NCBI GenBank assembly: GCA_964491455.1
Contig: CAZBFM010000001.1
Coordinates: forward strand, 345,893 to 409,892
Direction of reading: 5' to 3'
Length of the DNA stretch: 64,000 nucleotides
From: an uncultured Candidatus Saccharibacteria bacterium
GTDB lineage: Bacteria > Patescibacteriota > Minisyncoccia > 2-02-FULL-40-12 > GWA2-44-9
Made by a program: the position numbers and the translations under genes. The notes beneath the pieces were generated by a model that saw nothing but the letters and a program-made list of their open reading frames with translations, did no database searches and was not told the origin of the DNA. This document shows, in pieces, positions 18,876-28,744 of the stretch. Within the stretch, counting starts at the first letter, position 1. Each line of letters starts with the position of its first letter.

Positions 18876-21800
18876 TTAGTTAGAAACCGTAGCAGTGTTG
18901 GTTGGGTAGGTGAAGATGTTCGTACCCGTCGAGAGCAAGCCTGGGTTGCCACCATTTACATCGTCAAATGTAAACGTTGCAGCAGATCCGAGCTTTGTTC
19001 CGAACGAGCTTGTACCAGCATTACCGAGCGATCCACCGATATTCGAGAAGTAAATATCGAATACCTTCGTTGTACCCGCGGTGACCGTATAGCCATTCGT
19101 GAAGGATACAGTCTCGCTACCAGTTGAACTAGTACTGACACTGAACACAGCAGGAGTCGTGGTTGTGATAGTCGTATTACCATCCTTGACCAAGATTGAT
19201 GTGCCAGCGGTTGTTCCACTCGATGAAGCAGTTGCTCCACCTGTCGTGAAGAACGTCAATGGAAGGTCATGCAACGTTATGTTTCCGCTCAATGGCGCTG
19301 AAACAGTGAATGTCGCAATCTTTACCTGACCATTAACCAACTTAGCATCTGCAGGTGCTGCGATCGCCAATGTTGGATAGCTTGCAATCAAGCGCATCGT
19401 TCGGGCAGCCTGCGAGACAGCTGGGCTCGTCTTTACAGTGTTACCAGACGTGTACTTAATCTCATCCAAGGTAAGGATAGATGTATCGTTTGCCTTCGCT
19501 ACTCCACCAAAACCAACGGTGTTGTAGGTGACCGTGACTGGTACATCAACTCCTGAGAATCCGGATGGGATTGCGATTGCCAAGCCAGAGACTGATGCTA
19601 CCCCTGAGATAACCGTGGCATCTTTGCCGGCTACAGTAATCTTCGAGATAGTACCTGCGCTCGAGCTACCGGTGACAGTAAAGTGCATGTCAGTAACCGT
19701 TGCTGTGCCAGCTCCGGCAGACATTGACATATGATACTTAGCAACTGTCACCGTAGAACCAGCAAGTACGTACTGACCAACCATCGAGTCGTTGGACAAC
19801 GTGGTTGTTGCCATCGTTGCGAGCGAGAAGGTGATCGTCTGTCCCGCAAAGCTCGAGAAGCCAAGACCGGAAGTACCGGTGTCGACACCTGAAGCTGTAA
19901 CGGTATACGTACCCTGAATCGTGGAGCTGTTAGATCCCGACGCTACATTGCCAGCATCGGCGTATACAGTGATCACGCGACTCTCATTCTTTGCAAGGGT
20001 GAAGTTCGTTGAGAAGTTGTTCGTTGCCTGAGGCAAAATCGGAGTCGTATTCTCCGAAATGTACAAGTTCGCGTACTTATTGATGTTCGCACCCGTTACC
20101 GCGAGAGCAACCTGAACGTTGCTAACACGGATCGGCTCAGCATTTCCTGCCTGGATAACGATGGCACCGATCTTAACTTTCGTCTGGTTTGGAGACTCAA
20201 CATGGGACGACACCGATGTGTCCAATGCCTTCGTCAACGCACCCGTAACGAGCGTCAAGGTTGGTCCAGTGATACCACTCGTTGATGGAACTGTTGAGAC
20301 TGCACCAGAGCTCACACCCTGTGCATTGTTCGAAACACCCATCAAGGTAGCTGCGACAGAAGTACCAACAGAGTTGACTCCACTGGTCTTCGAATCGAGG
20401 CGCACTTCGACTGTGGTTGAAGAGCCTGCAGCGACAACCAATGATGAACCGAGGTCAAACGTCAACTGAGCACCGACGAAATTCTTAGCGCTGGCAACTT
20501 GCGAGCCATTAACCCACAGAGACACGTTGTCCAAATTGATGTGTCCCGGAGAGGAAATACTTGCAACAAGCTGCGAGATCTTCATGTCTTCGCCATAACC
20601 GGTAAGGATATAGCGGGCGACAGGAATACTCGATGCACCAGTAACAAAGTTCGTGGTGTTGAACGTGGAGTCGGTCTGCACTGAAACTGAACCAGCTGGA
20701 ATCGTCAACGACGTTGCGGTCGTAGGAACTGTGCCACCAAGTGGCATGTTCGCTCCGTACTGCGAGTCGGTGATGATTACGTCAGCCTTGTTCTGAATGG
20801 CGAAACTGTAGGTTCGGTTGGAACCCTTCACGATATCACCACGAAGCTCAAGGGTGTGGTTGTTGCTCTTAACGAGATAACCAACGGATCCCATATCGAA
20901 GTCAACCATACTGCCATCAGCATTGATGGTACCCGCCGCGACGAGGACGGAGTCCAAGTAGAGGTTGTAGTTTCGGATAGCATCAACTGGCATAGAGCCA
21001 ACCTGCTTGAAAGCAACGTGCTTCAAGTATGCATCGCGAACAGTTGTGTTGAACGAAGCTGACCAAAGTGTGTAGCCAGGTGCGTTCGCACTCGACGGTG
21101 CACTGGTAGCTGTGTTGGATCCAACAGTCACTCCGGCCAACGACGCAGTAGCGATACTGTGTAGATTTCCGGAAACACTCATGACACTGTCATTGAGCTG
21201 TGTGAGCTGAACACCAACGGTCTCGCCGGAGCTTCCCGCCATATCAGCACGAACGCTGAAAGTAGCTGGAGCTGAGAAGAAACCTGCTGAGTTGGCGAAG
21301 GTGATCGTGCTGGTTGTAACCGTAGCAGAATCAGAGACTCTCTTGTTACCAACGAAGAGGTAGACATTCGCGAGAGAGGCATCCGCTGACAAGCCGACTC
21401 TCTTGAGGACTACTTTCGTTACCAATCCCGATCCGGACACTGCGAAGTGGGCCAGATCAACAGCTGCTGCTGTTGAAACGATAGCTCCACTTGCTGGGTT
21501 GTCGGATGCGAGAGAAGCGCTCAATGGACCGGTTGAGACTGTGGTGCCACGGCTGTAGTTAGGAACCTGGAGGACAGACGTGTAGTCTGCGCCCATTCCA
21601 TACAAAGCCTTTTCAGCAGCATTGATGGTGAAGACCTTCTTGAAGAAGTTCGCATCATCGGCAACTGCCTGTGCACCGGTCGTGTTGACCCAGCGAAGGT
21701 TTGCTACATCCTCGGACACGACGTCCAAGCCATAGACCTTTGCATCACCATCAACGCGGAAGAGACCAGAGGTCACGAACGCATCGCGGGTGGAAGGTGC

Positions 21801-22073
21801 AACTTCCTTCACCTTGCTCCAGCCGAGGTGGCCGTAGAGGTTGAAGATTGCTGGGTTTACAAACAAGCGCTTGTAGCCCATATCATTGACGATATACAAA
21901 TCGAGATCGCCAGTGGCGCGGATCACGTCTCCTTCGCGGAGTCCGAAATCTGCTGGAGCGACTGCGTATGCTGCAACTGGGAAGGCTGCGAAGCCTGCCA
22001 AGGAGAGCACCGTAGACGCCATCGTCAGGCTTGCCGCAACGGTGCGGACGTAGCCCTTGATAGAATTAGACAT
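18876..22073 (-). CDS. Large secreted Thr/Ser/Gly/Ala/Val-rich surface protein (S-layer or adhesin candidate)
   Basis: A 1065-aa protein with an N-terminal signal peptide (MSNSIKGYVRTVAASLTMASTVLSLAGFAAFPVAAYA), almost no charged residues and a beta-rich composition. It has its own terminator and a 630-nt upstream leader. Confidence 0.7.
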   Translation of the reverse strand: MSNSIKGYVRTVAASLTMASTVLSLAGFAAFPVAAYAVAPADFGLREGDVIRATGDLDLYIVNDMGYKRLFVNPAIFNLYGHLGWSKVKEVAPSTRDAFVTSGLFRVDGDAKVYGLDVVSEDVANLRWVNTTGAQAVADDANFFKKVFTINAAEKALYGMGADYTSVLQVPNYSRGTTVSTGPLSASLASDNPASGAIVSTAAAVDLAHFAVSGSGLVTKVVLKRVGLSADASLANVYLFVGNKRVSDSATVTTSTITFANSAGFFSAPATFSVRADMAGSSGETVGVQLTQLNDSVMSVSGNLHSIATASLAGVTVGSNTATSAPSSANAPGYTLWSASFNTTVRDAYLKHVAFKQVGSMPVDAIRNYNLYLDSVLVAAGTINADGSMVDFDMGSVGYLVKSNNHTLELRGDIVKGSNRTYSFAIQNKADVIITDSQYGANMPLGGTVPTTATSLTIPAGSVSVQTDSTFNTTNFVTGASSIPVARYILTGYGEDMKISQLVASISSPGHINLDNVSLWVNGSQVASAKNFVGAQLTFDLGSSLVVAAGSSTTVEVRLDSKTSGVNSVGTSVAATLMGVSNNAQGVSSGAVSTVPSTSGITGPTLTLVTGALTKALDTSVSSHVESPNQTKVKIGAIVIQAGNAEPIRVSNVQVALAVTGANINKYANLYISENTTPILPQATNNFSTNFTLAKNESRVITVYADAGNVASGSNSSTIQGTYTVTASGVDTGTSGLGFSSFAGQTITFSLATMATTTLSNDSMVGQYVLAGSTVTVAKYHMSMSAGAGTATVTDMHFTVTGSSSAGTISKITVAGKDATVISGVASVSGLAIAIPSGFSGVDVPVTVTYNTVGFGGVAKANDTSILTLDEIKYTSGNTVKTSPAVSQAARTMRLIASYPTLAIAAPADAKLVNGQVKIATFTVSAPLSGNITLHDLPLTFFTTGGATASSSGTTAGTSILVKDGNTTITTTTPAVFSVSTSSTGSETVSFTNGYTVTAGTTKVFDIYFSNIGGSLGNAGTSSFGTKLGSAATFTFDDVNGGNPGLLSTGTNIFTYPTNTATVSN

Positions 22074-22706
22074 TATCTAGGGTGAACCTCATCTCGCTCC
22101 ACCGTATCGCCTCCCTACTGGGGGACGAGCAATGAGAGGGGAAGAGGGTATTAAACTGCACTGCACTGCTTGCGTCACTCCGTCTTTCGACGAAGCAACT
22201 GGATCTTGTTCGAACACGCAGGCCGCACACATTGCTGTATACGGTTCCGAGTACTCCCACTTCGACCAAGGAGCATCGGACTCCTCGCTGAAATAACTAC
22301 CAAGACCCGTTCTGGTGACTACGGAAAGGGTTCTTTCGCTTCCATATTCGGTCATGCAACATTTGCAACAGTATGATCTTGCTTATCCTTTGTTTTCAAC
22401 GTTCTTTCCTGGGCTGTCCATCTTTGGGGCCACTAGCCACAAAGATCGAAAGCTCAAGCACCAAAATCAAGCCAAAATGGCTTTTTTGATGACCTGTCAA
22501 GGGTTTGAAGGGTACTTTTACCGCGGCTATACGCAGTGGGAGCGGTGACCTCTAGGATAGCAGATAGGCAAGAAAAGTCAATACTTTCCTCACCAACTGC
22601 GAACCACTGCCCGACTCAGAAACCGTGGTAACAAAATCATTATAGCGAAACTCCGAAAGCCAACAATAGCATTTTTGTGGATAAACCAAGTTAATTTCCA
22701 CTACTT

Positions 22707-23651
22707 TTAGAGCGAGAGGCTATTTTTGAACTTTGGAGTCCCCGCGATGGGAGTGAATTTGGCATCTAATCCTGTCGTGATCGTCCCCGAATTTGAGCCC
22801 CAATTGGTTGCCTCTGAGCCACTCGTTCGAGGATCTTTACGCTCCATGGTCTGTTTTTGAGTAACCAATCCAGCGTTGAACCATTCGGCAGCGCAATCAA
22901 CAATATCAACGGATACACCCATCGCTGTGCGCAACGAGAGCACCTCACCACTATTACTCAAGCCGGACCCAGTAAACGGCCCAACAACATCTGCGGCTAT
23001 ATCAGACACGGTTAAATCGTCGGTTCGCTCGATAAGCCAATACTCTCCGGCACCAATCACTCCTTTGAGCTCAATGATTTGCGTTGCGCCCTCAAACAGT
23101 CCCCACCCTGACAGGTCGATAGCGCTACTCCCGTAGTTGAAGAGCTCGATCCACTCGTCGGACGCATTAGCTGCGGTGCCAGCCCAAGCGACCTCATTGA
23201 TTACCACTGTGCTTATTGGCGCCGCAGGAGTCGGCGCTGGAGAAGGTGTAACAGTTGCACTTGGAACCGGTGTCGGCGTCTGCACCACCGGAGTGGGCGT
23301 TGCAGTCCTCGCAACAATAGGACTCGGCAAACTAGACATTGCAGGAGCGGGCGTTGCACTTGGTGCATTCGAAACTGCAACGCTTACGCGAGGAACGAGT
23401 GGTGACACGCTAGTGCCAGCAGGTGACAGCGATGGTGTCACCACGACGGTACGAGGTGTCACCGCTGTGGCACCTCGCTTGTCACCACGTGTCTCCGCTG
23501 TGGCACCAGGTGACACGGTAACTGTCACCATCTCGCCACTGATGGCACTAGTACTGTCACTCGTTTGCCTGGCACCGCCAAAGATAGTGGCGGCACCGTA
23601 CGCGACGCCTGCAATCACAACCGCTAGAATTACTGACTTTGCGGGAGACAT
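22707..23651 (-). CDS. Membrane-anchored lamin-tail-domain protein with a Pro/Thr-rich linker
   Basis: N-terminal TM helix, PT-rich linker (TPTPVVQTPTPVPSATVTPSPAPTPAAP), then VVINEVAWAGTAANASDEWIELFNYGSSAIDLSGWGL, the lamin-tail-domain signature. Confidence 0.55.
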   Translation of the reverse strand: MSPAKSVILAVVIAGVAYGAATIFGGARQTSDSTSAISGEMVTVTVSPGATAETRGDKRGATAVTPRTVVVTPSLSPAGTSVSPLVPRVSVAVSNAPSATPAPAMSSLPSPIVARTATPTPVVQTPTPVPSATVTPSPAPTPAAPISTVVINEVAWAGTAANASDEWIELFNYGSSAIDLSGWGLFEGATQIIELKGVIGAGEYWLIERTDDLTVSDIAADVVGPFTGSGLSNSGEVLSLRTAMGVSVDIVDCAAEWFNAGLVTQKQTMERKDPRTSGSEATNWGSNSGTITTGLDAKFTPIAGTPKFKNSLSL

Positions 23652-23818
23652 TATAGTGGGCAGCGAGGCGCAAATTCATATCCTGCCATGATACGAATGT
23701 CGATGTGAACCAAGGAGGGATAATGGTCCACGTCGGCGATCACGGCAGGGTATCAACTAACGACATCTGTGGGCGTTGTTATAGCAAAGCGATATGTAGT
23801 GTCAATATCGGAGGGAAA

Positions 23819-24391
23819 CTACACTCGCTCAACATAGGAAACACCACCATCAGGATGCACGCGTCGCTGGAGAATTTTTTGCGCGAGGAGCTCTGAAAGA
23901 TACCGCTTCGTACTTCGCGAGGAAAACTGCTTTGAGAAGTGGTCTATGAGTTCTTTTGTTCTGATATCTTTATTGGACTTGATATACTCCAATACTTTTT
24001 TTGTATTTTCCGTGAGTGTTATCTTCGGCGGTGGATCTTGCTGAGGCTGTTTTTTCATCGCAGTGTCACCGGCTTTTTTGACCAACATCTGTTGCTCTGC
24101 CGTCACAGAGCGCAACACCGAAAGGCGCAGCTTCAAAATCAACGCAAGCGTTCGCGCCCCCACGTCAGCAGAAATAGTACGTGCATCGAGAGCCTCCTCG
24201 AGAAGGTCGCCGGCATCGCGACACCACAACGCAAGATCTTCGAGACACCCCGCCTCTTTCAATCGTAGCGAGAGAGCATGGAATGCCCGATCGCGCATCT
24301 CAACAATAAGCTCTGTACTCGTTACGTGCACCGACGCAACCACAAGAGCAGATGCCGTTCGAACCACTTGTCGTTCGAGAGATTGCTCCAT
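23819..24391 (-). CDS. Hypothetical protein with a C-terminal winged-helix-like segment
   Basis: C-terminal KVLEYIKSNKDIRTKELIDHFSKQFSSRSTKRYLSELLAQKILQRRVHPDGGVSYVERV resembles a wHTH domain. Confidence 0.35.
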   Translation of the reverse strand: MEQSLERQVVRTASALVVASVHVTSTELIVEMRDRAFHALSLRLKEAGCLEDLALWCRDAGDLLEEALDARTISADVGARTLALILKLRLSVLRSVTAEQQMLVKKAGDTAMKKQPQQDPPPKITLTENTKKVLEYIKSNKDIRTKELIDHFSKQFSSRSTKRYLSELLAQKILQRRVHPDGGVSYVERV

Positions 24392-24399
24392 AGATGACG

Positions 24400-25179
24400 T
24401 TACTTAACTCCAGCAAGATACGACTCAATAAACGAATTCAGGCTTGTCGCAGATATGAGCACTGGTTGTGTACCATACCGGATGATCCCGACTGATCGCT
24501 CAGAAGCATCAATCAGTCGCGCGCCATGAAATAATGGACCATATGCACGATCAAGCGATAGCGTGATCTCATGATCACGCATAATTGATACGACCCACAC
24601 GGGGAGTCTCATAATCTCGAATTGCGAAACCGCTATACGAGATGATACTGCCTCAAGCCCCTGGCCTGAATTGAGCCCGCGAGCTCCGTCATCAAACAAT
24701 ACAGCATCAAGAACACCAATATCCGCCTTGAGGAGCACTAAGCCCGCCTGGCGATCGCTTGCTACGCGATATGCACGGGCGACCTGACCATGTGGCGTAG
24801 CAACCTGATAGACATACGAGCCGGAACCATAAGGCGCGATGCTTGCTAGCGTTAACACAAGTCCATCAACCGAAACAGCGGTTCCAGTTCCTTGGCGAAT
24901 CAACGTGGCGCCAGAATATGTCTGAACTGTAACGAGTCCAAGGATCGCAGATTCATTACCTTGTGCCGGAATAACTTGAGGAGACGGAATTGGCGTCTGG
25001 TTGATATCGCGCACCGTAACCGTAATACCTAAAAGTGCGGCCAATCGTTCCGACGGCAAACGATCTAGATAGCGAATAGAGAAGAGTGAAGCAGTCACTA
25101 CGAGCACAGAGGCTGCTATGGTCCACGCCGGTCTGAATTTCATGGCGCTTACGCTAGCAGATTTATATGAGCAATACAA
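24400..25179 (-). CDS. Secreted or membrane-anchored hypothetical protein (weak trypsin-like resemblance, catalytic His absent)
   Basis: N-terminal TM/signal. GTGTAVSVDGLVLT ... DRQAGLVLLKAD ... GLNSGQGL, but His is replaced and the spacing is wrong. Confidence 0.35.
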   Translation of the reverse strand: MYCSYKSASVSAMKFRPAWTIAASVLVVTASLFSIRYLDRLPSERLAALLGITVTVRDINQTPIPSPQVIPAQGNESAILGLVTVQTYSGATLIRQGTGTAVSVDGLVLTLASIAPYGSGSYVYQVATPHGQVARAYRVASDRQAGLVLLKADIGVLDAVLFDDGARGLNSGQGLEAVSSRIAVSQFEIMRLPVWVVSIMRDHEITLSLDRAYGPLFHGARLIDASERSVGIIRYGTQPVLISATSLNSFIESYLAGVK

Positions 25180-25244
25180 TCAATTGCACCTCTTCTTCGT
25201 TATGCGACATTCAACCACACACCCGAATAAGTGTCACGAATACT

Positions 25245-25270
25245 GCTGAAATACAAAAAACACCCCGCAA
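25245..25270 (-). terminator. Intrinsic terminator (CTCCCCTTGCGGGGTG + TTTTTT on the minus strand) 225 nt downstream of the FKBP stop
   Basis: GC stem with a T6 run. Confidence 0.4.
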
Positions 25271-25494
25271 GGGGAGAGTAGGGAGTTGGCAAATTCGTAC
25301 CAACCACTAGAACCTCCGCTAACATCGCATCTAGTACGAAGCGTAAACGTACAGCGCCAGGGCCCGCAACGAAACAATGCGCGGCACCTTCGCGAAACAA
25401 TCAGCTCATCCCCCTACCTCTCAAAAAGTTATCCACAGGTTATCAACGTTTACCTATGTACGCGAAACGTCGATATGTCGCAAAATCACGATGG

Positions 25495-26067
25495 TTATTT
25501 TGCAGCAGATTGCACCGCGAGAAGTTCGACGTCGAATTCTAAAGTGGCATTTGGTGGAATAACTCCCCCGGCCCCCTGTTCGCCATATGCAAGAGCCGAT
25601 GGAATGATGAGCTTGCGCTTCCCGCCAACCTTCATCCCGAGTACGCCCTCGTCCCATCCTTTTATAACCATACCCTTCCCAAGGATAAACTCGAATGGCT
25701 TCCCACGCTCGACAGAGCTATCAAACACTTTGCCATCTTGGAATCGTCCAGTGTAATGCACGGCGACTCCTCGACCGCCAACAGCCTCCTCGCCGTCTCC
25801 GATCTTCACCTCTTGGATCTGCAAACCGCTAGGCGTTGTGCGCATAGCATCAGATGATTCTTTTGTTTCGGGTATGTTCATAATTTTTTTATAATCCTGC
25901 ATCGCCAACGCTCCTGTCGTCGGTGTCGGCGTTTCTTGCACCGCAATATCTGGAATACCAATAGTAGCTCGCGATGCGTCATCAGGCTGTCTCATTCTTC
26001 CGGTCAGAAGCCAACCAGCTATGCCTATCAAGGTAGCGGAAATCACAATAAGAACGATACGCTTCAT
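25495..26067 (-). CDS. FKBP-type peptidyl-prolyl cis-trans isomerase, membrane-anchored or secreted
   Basis: [63 protein letters not shown] ... LEFDVELL, plus an N-terminal TM helix. Confidence 0.85.
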   Translation of the reverse strand: MKRIVLIVISATLIGIAGWLLTGRMRQPDDASRATIGIPDIAVQETPTPTTGALAMQDYKKIMNIPETKESSDAMRTTPSGLQIQEVKIGDGEEAVGGRGVAVHYTGRFQDGKVFDSSVERGKPFEFILGKGMVIKGWDEGVLGMKVGGKRKLIIPSALAYGEQGAGGVIPPNATLEFDVELLAVQSAAK

Positions 26068-26075
26068 GGCGACTA

Positions 26076-27002
26076 TTACTTTGTCTTCGGTGGATACAGC
26101 TGAGTGTCGATGGAGCGCTCAAAGCATGTGCGACCGACGCCATGGAACCAATTGCCTTCGGCGGAATTAGCTCCGACAGGATATGAGATTCGATTCAAGC
26201 TCGTGTCGACGCGTAGCTCTGTCGCGAACACTGCACACAACTCAAACGAAGTGTCCCCTTTCTTGGCGTATTCATACGATACCTTTGACTGTGGATCAAC
26301 CGGCACAATATACCCGCTTATGGAATCGTTCAGGTCGCTCAACGTACTCGGCAGCGACTGCTTGGCGGACCAGTGCGAGTACACAATTTGATTTTGAATA
26401 TTTTGAAGATCCTGCACGCGTTGATTATCAAGACGCTCTAGTCTCGCCTGAAATGGCGAACCCGATGAGATAAATCCCACAACGAGCGCAACTGTAGCCA
26501 CACCGATGGCAACCCAGCCAACGATCTTTGAGCCAACGCCGCTGGTCGGATTGAGCACGCGAAGGAAGTAGAAGAAAATCGAACCTGCAACGTATGCGAT
26601 AATGAGCACCTTCAAGACAAACTGAGCGGTAAAATCACCCTGCAACCAACTATAGACGAGCGAGACTGAATCCCCGATGAGGGTGACGCCCGATACAAAC
26701 AGCGTGAAATAGAGTAACCAACGACGCACGCGAGACTGCGTCTTCTCGGGATGCGCAGCTGCATCGCGCTGGAGAAAGCGCCACACCCATACCATGAGCG
26801 GAAATACAATAATGAGCGAGGCAAGCGACCAGCGAATAGCATCCGCGCACGACGTGCCATAACACTGCTGAACCGTGATATCCGGAACATAGATGTTCAC
26901 ATATTGAAACAGCAACGTCCCCAGATTCACTGCGCTCATTGCAAGGACAATGATAAATAATACGTATAAGAAAACGTCGCGAGCCGTGTTGTTGTTATCC
27001 AT
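26076..27002 (-). CDS. Integral membrane protein, function unknown
   Basis: At least 5 predicted TM helices and no catalytic motifs. Confidence 0.45.
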   Translation of the reverse strand: MDNNNTARDVFLYVLFIIVLAMSAVNLGTLLFQYVNIYVPDITVQQCYGTSCADAIRWSLASLIIVFPLMVWVWRFLQRDAAAHPEKTQSRVRRWLLYFTLFVSGVTLIGDSVSLVYSWLQGDFTAQFVLKVLIIAYVAGSIFFYFLRVLNPTSGVGSKIVGWVAIGVATVALVVGFISSGSPFQARLERLDNQRVQDLQNIQNQIVYSHWSAKQSLPSTLSDLNDSISGYIVPVDPQSKVSYEYAKKGDTSFELCAVFATELRVDTSLNRISYPVGANSAEGNWFHGVGRTCFERSIDTQLYPPKTK

Positions 27003-27062
27003 GAGATCAGTAATAGCTCCTACAGAATGATTGTAGCGCTCTATGAAAAAACCCGCCAGGTG

Positions 27063-27443
27063 TTAGTGGCGGGTAAGGTGAGGCAATCCCTCGGGGCATT
27101 TCGATCGTAGTCGCTTGAGTGCACGCTCTACATAGCGCGCAGCGACCCTCTTTCTTCGGACACTCGTGACCCAACGAGGCAGTCGCCGAGCATTCAACAG
27201 ATCAATCGCACCCCACTGCACTCGATGCGACTCTGCATGCTGCAGCTCGTAAATACAGACAAAGCATACAACGTGCGGATTCAACCGCCCAAGCTCTTTG
27301 CCGCAGAGAGCACACGCATCGTGGTCGGGATACCGATATGCCATCTCAGCGTCAAACGACAATTCAACCCGTTTAAGATGATCAATCTGAGAAGTTGTCG
27401 GGATCCATTCTGGCTCCAGTAAACTTCTATTGATTCTTGTCAT
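27063..27443 (-). CDS. Small Cys-rich (zinc-ribbon-like) hypothetical protein
   Basis: CALCGKELG ... CFVCIYELQH. The ATG at 27443 follows the GGAGGTG Shine-Dalgarno. The ORF-track start at 27584 would overlap the peroxiredoxin gene by 70 nt. Confidence 0.45.
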   Translation of the reverse strand: MTRINRSLLEPEWIPTTSQIDHLKRVELSFDAEMAYRYPDHDACALCGKELGRLNPHVVCFVCIYELQHAESHRVQWGAIDLLNARRLPRWVTSVRRKRVAARYVERALKRLRSKCPEGLPHLTRH

Positions 27444-27449
27444 AACACT

Positions 27450-27480
27450 ATTCACCTCCTCGTTACACGAGGAGGTGAAT
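27450..27480 (-). promoter_or_regulatory. Perfect 12-bp inverted repeat (TTCACCTCCTCG/CGAGGAGGTGAA) whose 3' arm contains the Shine-Dalgarno of the downstream gene; may also terminate the peroxiredoxin transcript
   Basis: Read directly. GGAGGTG lies 9 nt upstream of the ATG at 27443 and is paired in the stem. Confidence 0.5.
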
Positions 27481-27514
27481 ATACCCCAAGTATTTACTAT
27501 TGTCCAGAGTCTCA

Positions 27515-28069
27515 CTATGACTTCTTGGTGGCGGGCTTTTTTGCTTGCTTCGTAGGCCCCACAAACGCAACTCCTGGTGTCCACTCAATCGGGCACAGAT
27601 TCCCCGTTTGTAATGCCTGCAGCGCACGCACGGTCTCAGTCACTGAGCGTCCCACCGAATTATCGGAGACAACCATCCAGCGAAGCACGCCCTCGGGGTC
27701 GATAATGAACGTCCCCCGCTGACTTGCACCATCTGCTCCCAGGACATTGTAGTCACGACTCACCTGCTGTGTGGTATCGGCAAGTATGGGATAGGTAACT
27801 TCGGGCAAATCACGCTCAAACCAAGCTTTGTGACTGTGCTCGCTATCGGTGCTCGCGCCTACAATCAAGCATCCGCACTTCTTAAATTCCGCCTCTAGTT
27901 TTGCAAACTCGCGGATCTCCGTGGGGCACACAAACGTAAAATCGCGCGGATAGAAAAAGAGAACCACCCATTTCTTTTTGTAGTCCGAAAGACTGACCTT
28001 CGTGAATGAACCTGCTTTATATGCGGTAATGCCAACAAACTCCGGTGCTTTTTCTCCTACTTTAATCAT
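27515..28069 (-). CDS. Typical 2-Cys peroxiredoxin (AhpC/TSA family)
   Basis: FTFVCPTEI peroxidatic-Cys motif and C-terminal NLCPIEWTPG resolving-Cys motif. Confidence 0.9.
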   Translation of the reverse strand: MIKVGEKAPEFVGITAYKAGSFTKVSLSDYKKKWVVLFFYPRDFTFVCPTEIREFAKLEAEFKKCGCLIVGASTDSEHSHKAWFERDLPEVTYPILADTTQQVSRDYNVLGADGASQRGTFIIDPEGVLRWMVVSDNSVGRSVTETVRALQALQTGNLCPIEWTPGVAFVGPTKQAKKPATKKS

Positions 28070-28110
28070 AGTGTTTCAGTTACCTCCTACCATGACAGTA
28101 TAGCGAGCCG

Positions 28111-28743
28111 ATGGAGTCTGACAAGGATGAAGTATTGACATCTTGCTTGATAGTGTGGTATTACGCATCGATTCGCGACTCCTTACCAATCGAGGATATA
28201 AGTATGGCACTACAACTCTCCATGTCGAAGCTGCTGGCAGATCTTGCATCTGACGGCGCGACGATCGGTTTCGACCTACCCGGCGGTCTCTACGACCGTC
28301 TCCATGCCTTCATCACCGAGCGAGGTGTGCTTCCACAATCACAACGAGGACGCCTCGGCATTGTTGCTGCGCTAGTCATAGCTTCCCGCGTTGTAGAGCA
28401 GCAGTTCGGAACGCTAAGCCCTCTATCGCGGTTTGCGCACAACGTATCCAGCGATGCCGTTCGGGAAGAAGCAAAGCGGATTCTCGAATCCAGCGATGAG
28501 GCCGTACGCACTACCTCATCCGATCAGCGCATAGGCCTGTGGAGCATCGATGAGGTAACCCGACGTAAGCTTGCGGCACATCTCGACTCTCTACCTTCTG
28601 AGCAACAAGACGTGATGCGACTCACCATGATTCGAGCAACTGCACAGGAGCTCGCAATCATGGCAAACATGAACAATGAAGACGTGGCAGTGTTGTTGCG
28701 CCTTCTCGGACCCGAACCACACCAAGAAACTGGAAAGGCGTAA
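28111..28743 (+). CDS. Hypothetical protein with a C-terminal sigma-70 region-4-like HTH
   Basis: LPSEQQDVMRLTMIRATAQELAIMANMNNEDVAVLLRL. The start may be the internal Met (MALQLS). Confidence 0.4.
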   Translation: MESDKDEVLTSCLIVWYYASIRDSLPIEDISMALQLSMSKLLADLASDGATIGFDLPGGLYDRLHAFITERGVLPQSQRGRLGIVAALVIASRVVEQQFGTLSPLSRFAHNVSSDAVREEAKRILESSDEAVRTTSSDQRIGLWSIDEVTRRKLAAHLDSLPSEQQDVMRLTMIRATAQELAIMANMNNEDVAVLLRLLGPEPHQETGKA

Positions 28744-28744
28744 C

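Noticed and set aside
23137-23691. 184-aa plus-strand ORF rich in Gly/Ala/Val/Thr
   Set aside because: It is a shadow ORF antisense to the LTD protein gene. Its low-complexity composition mirrors the PT-rich linker on the other strand.
24400-25179. Active HtrA/trypsin-like serine protease call
   Set aside because: The catalytic His is missing (TLASIA instead of TNAHV) and the Asp-to-Ser spacing is far too short. I downgraded it to a hypothetical secreted protein.
25261-25335. Possible minus-strand tRNA-like segment (TAGTGGTTGGTA D-loop-like string)
   Set aside because: I could not fold a cloverleaf, because the D-stem and acceptor pairing are absent. It is kept only as part of the possible sRNA / 3' UTR region.
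25286-25756. 156-aa plus-strand ORF spanning the FKBP 3' region
   Set aside because: It overlaps the well-supported FKBP gene on the opposite strand and has no motifs.
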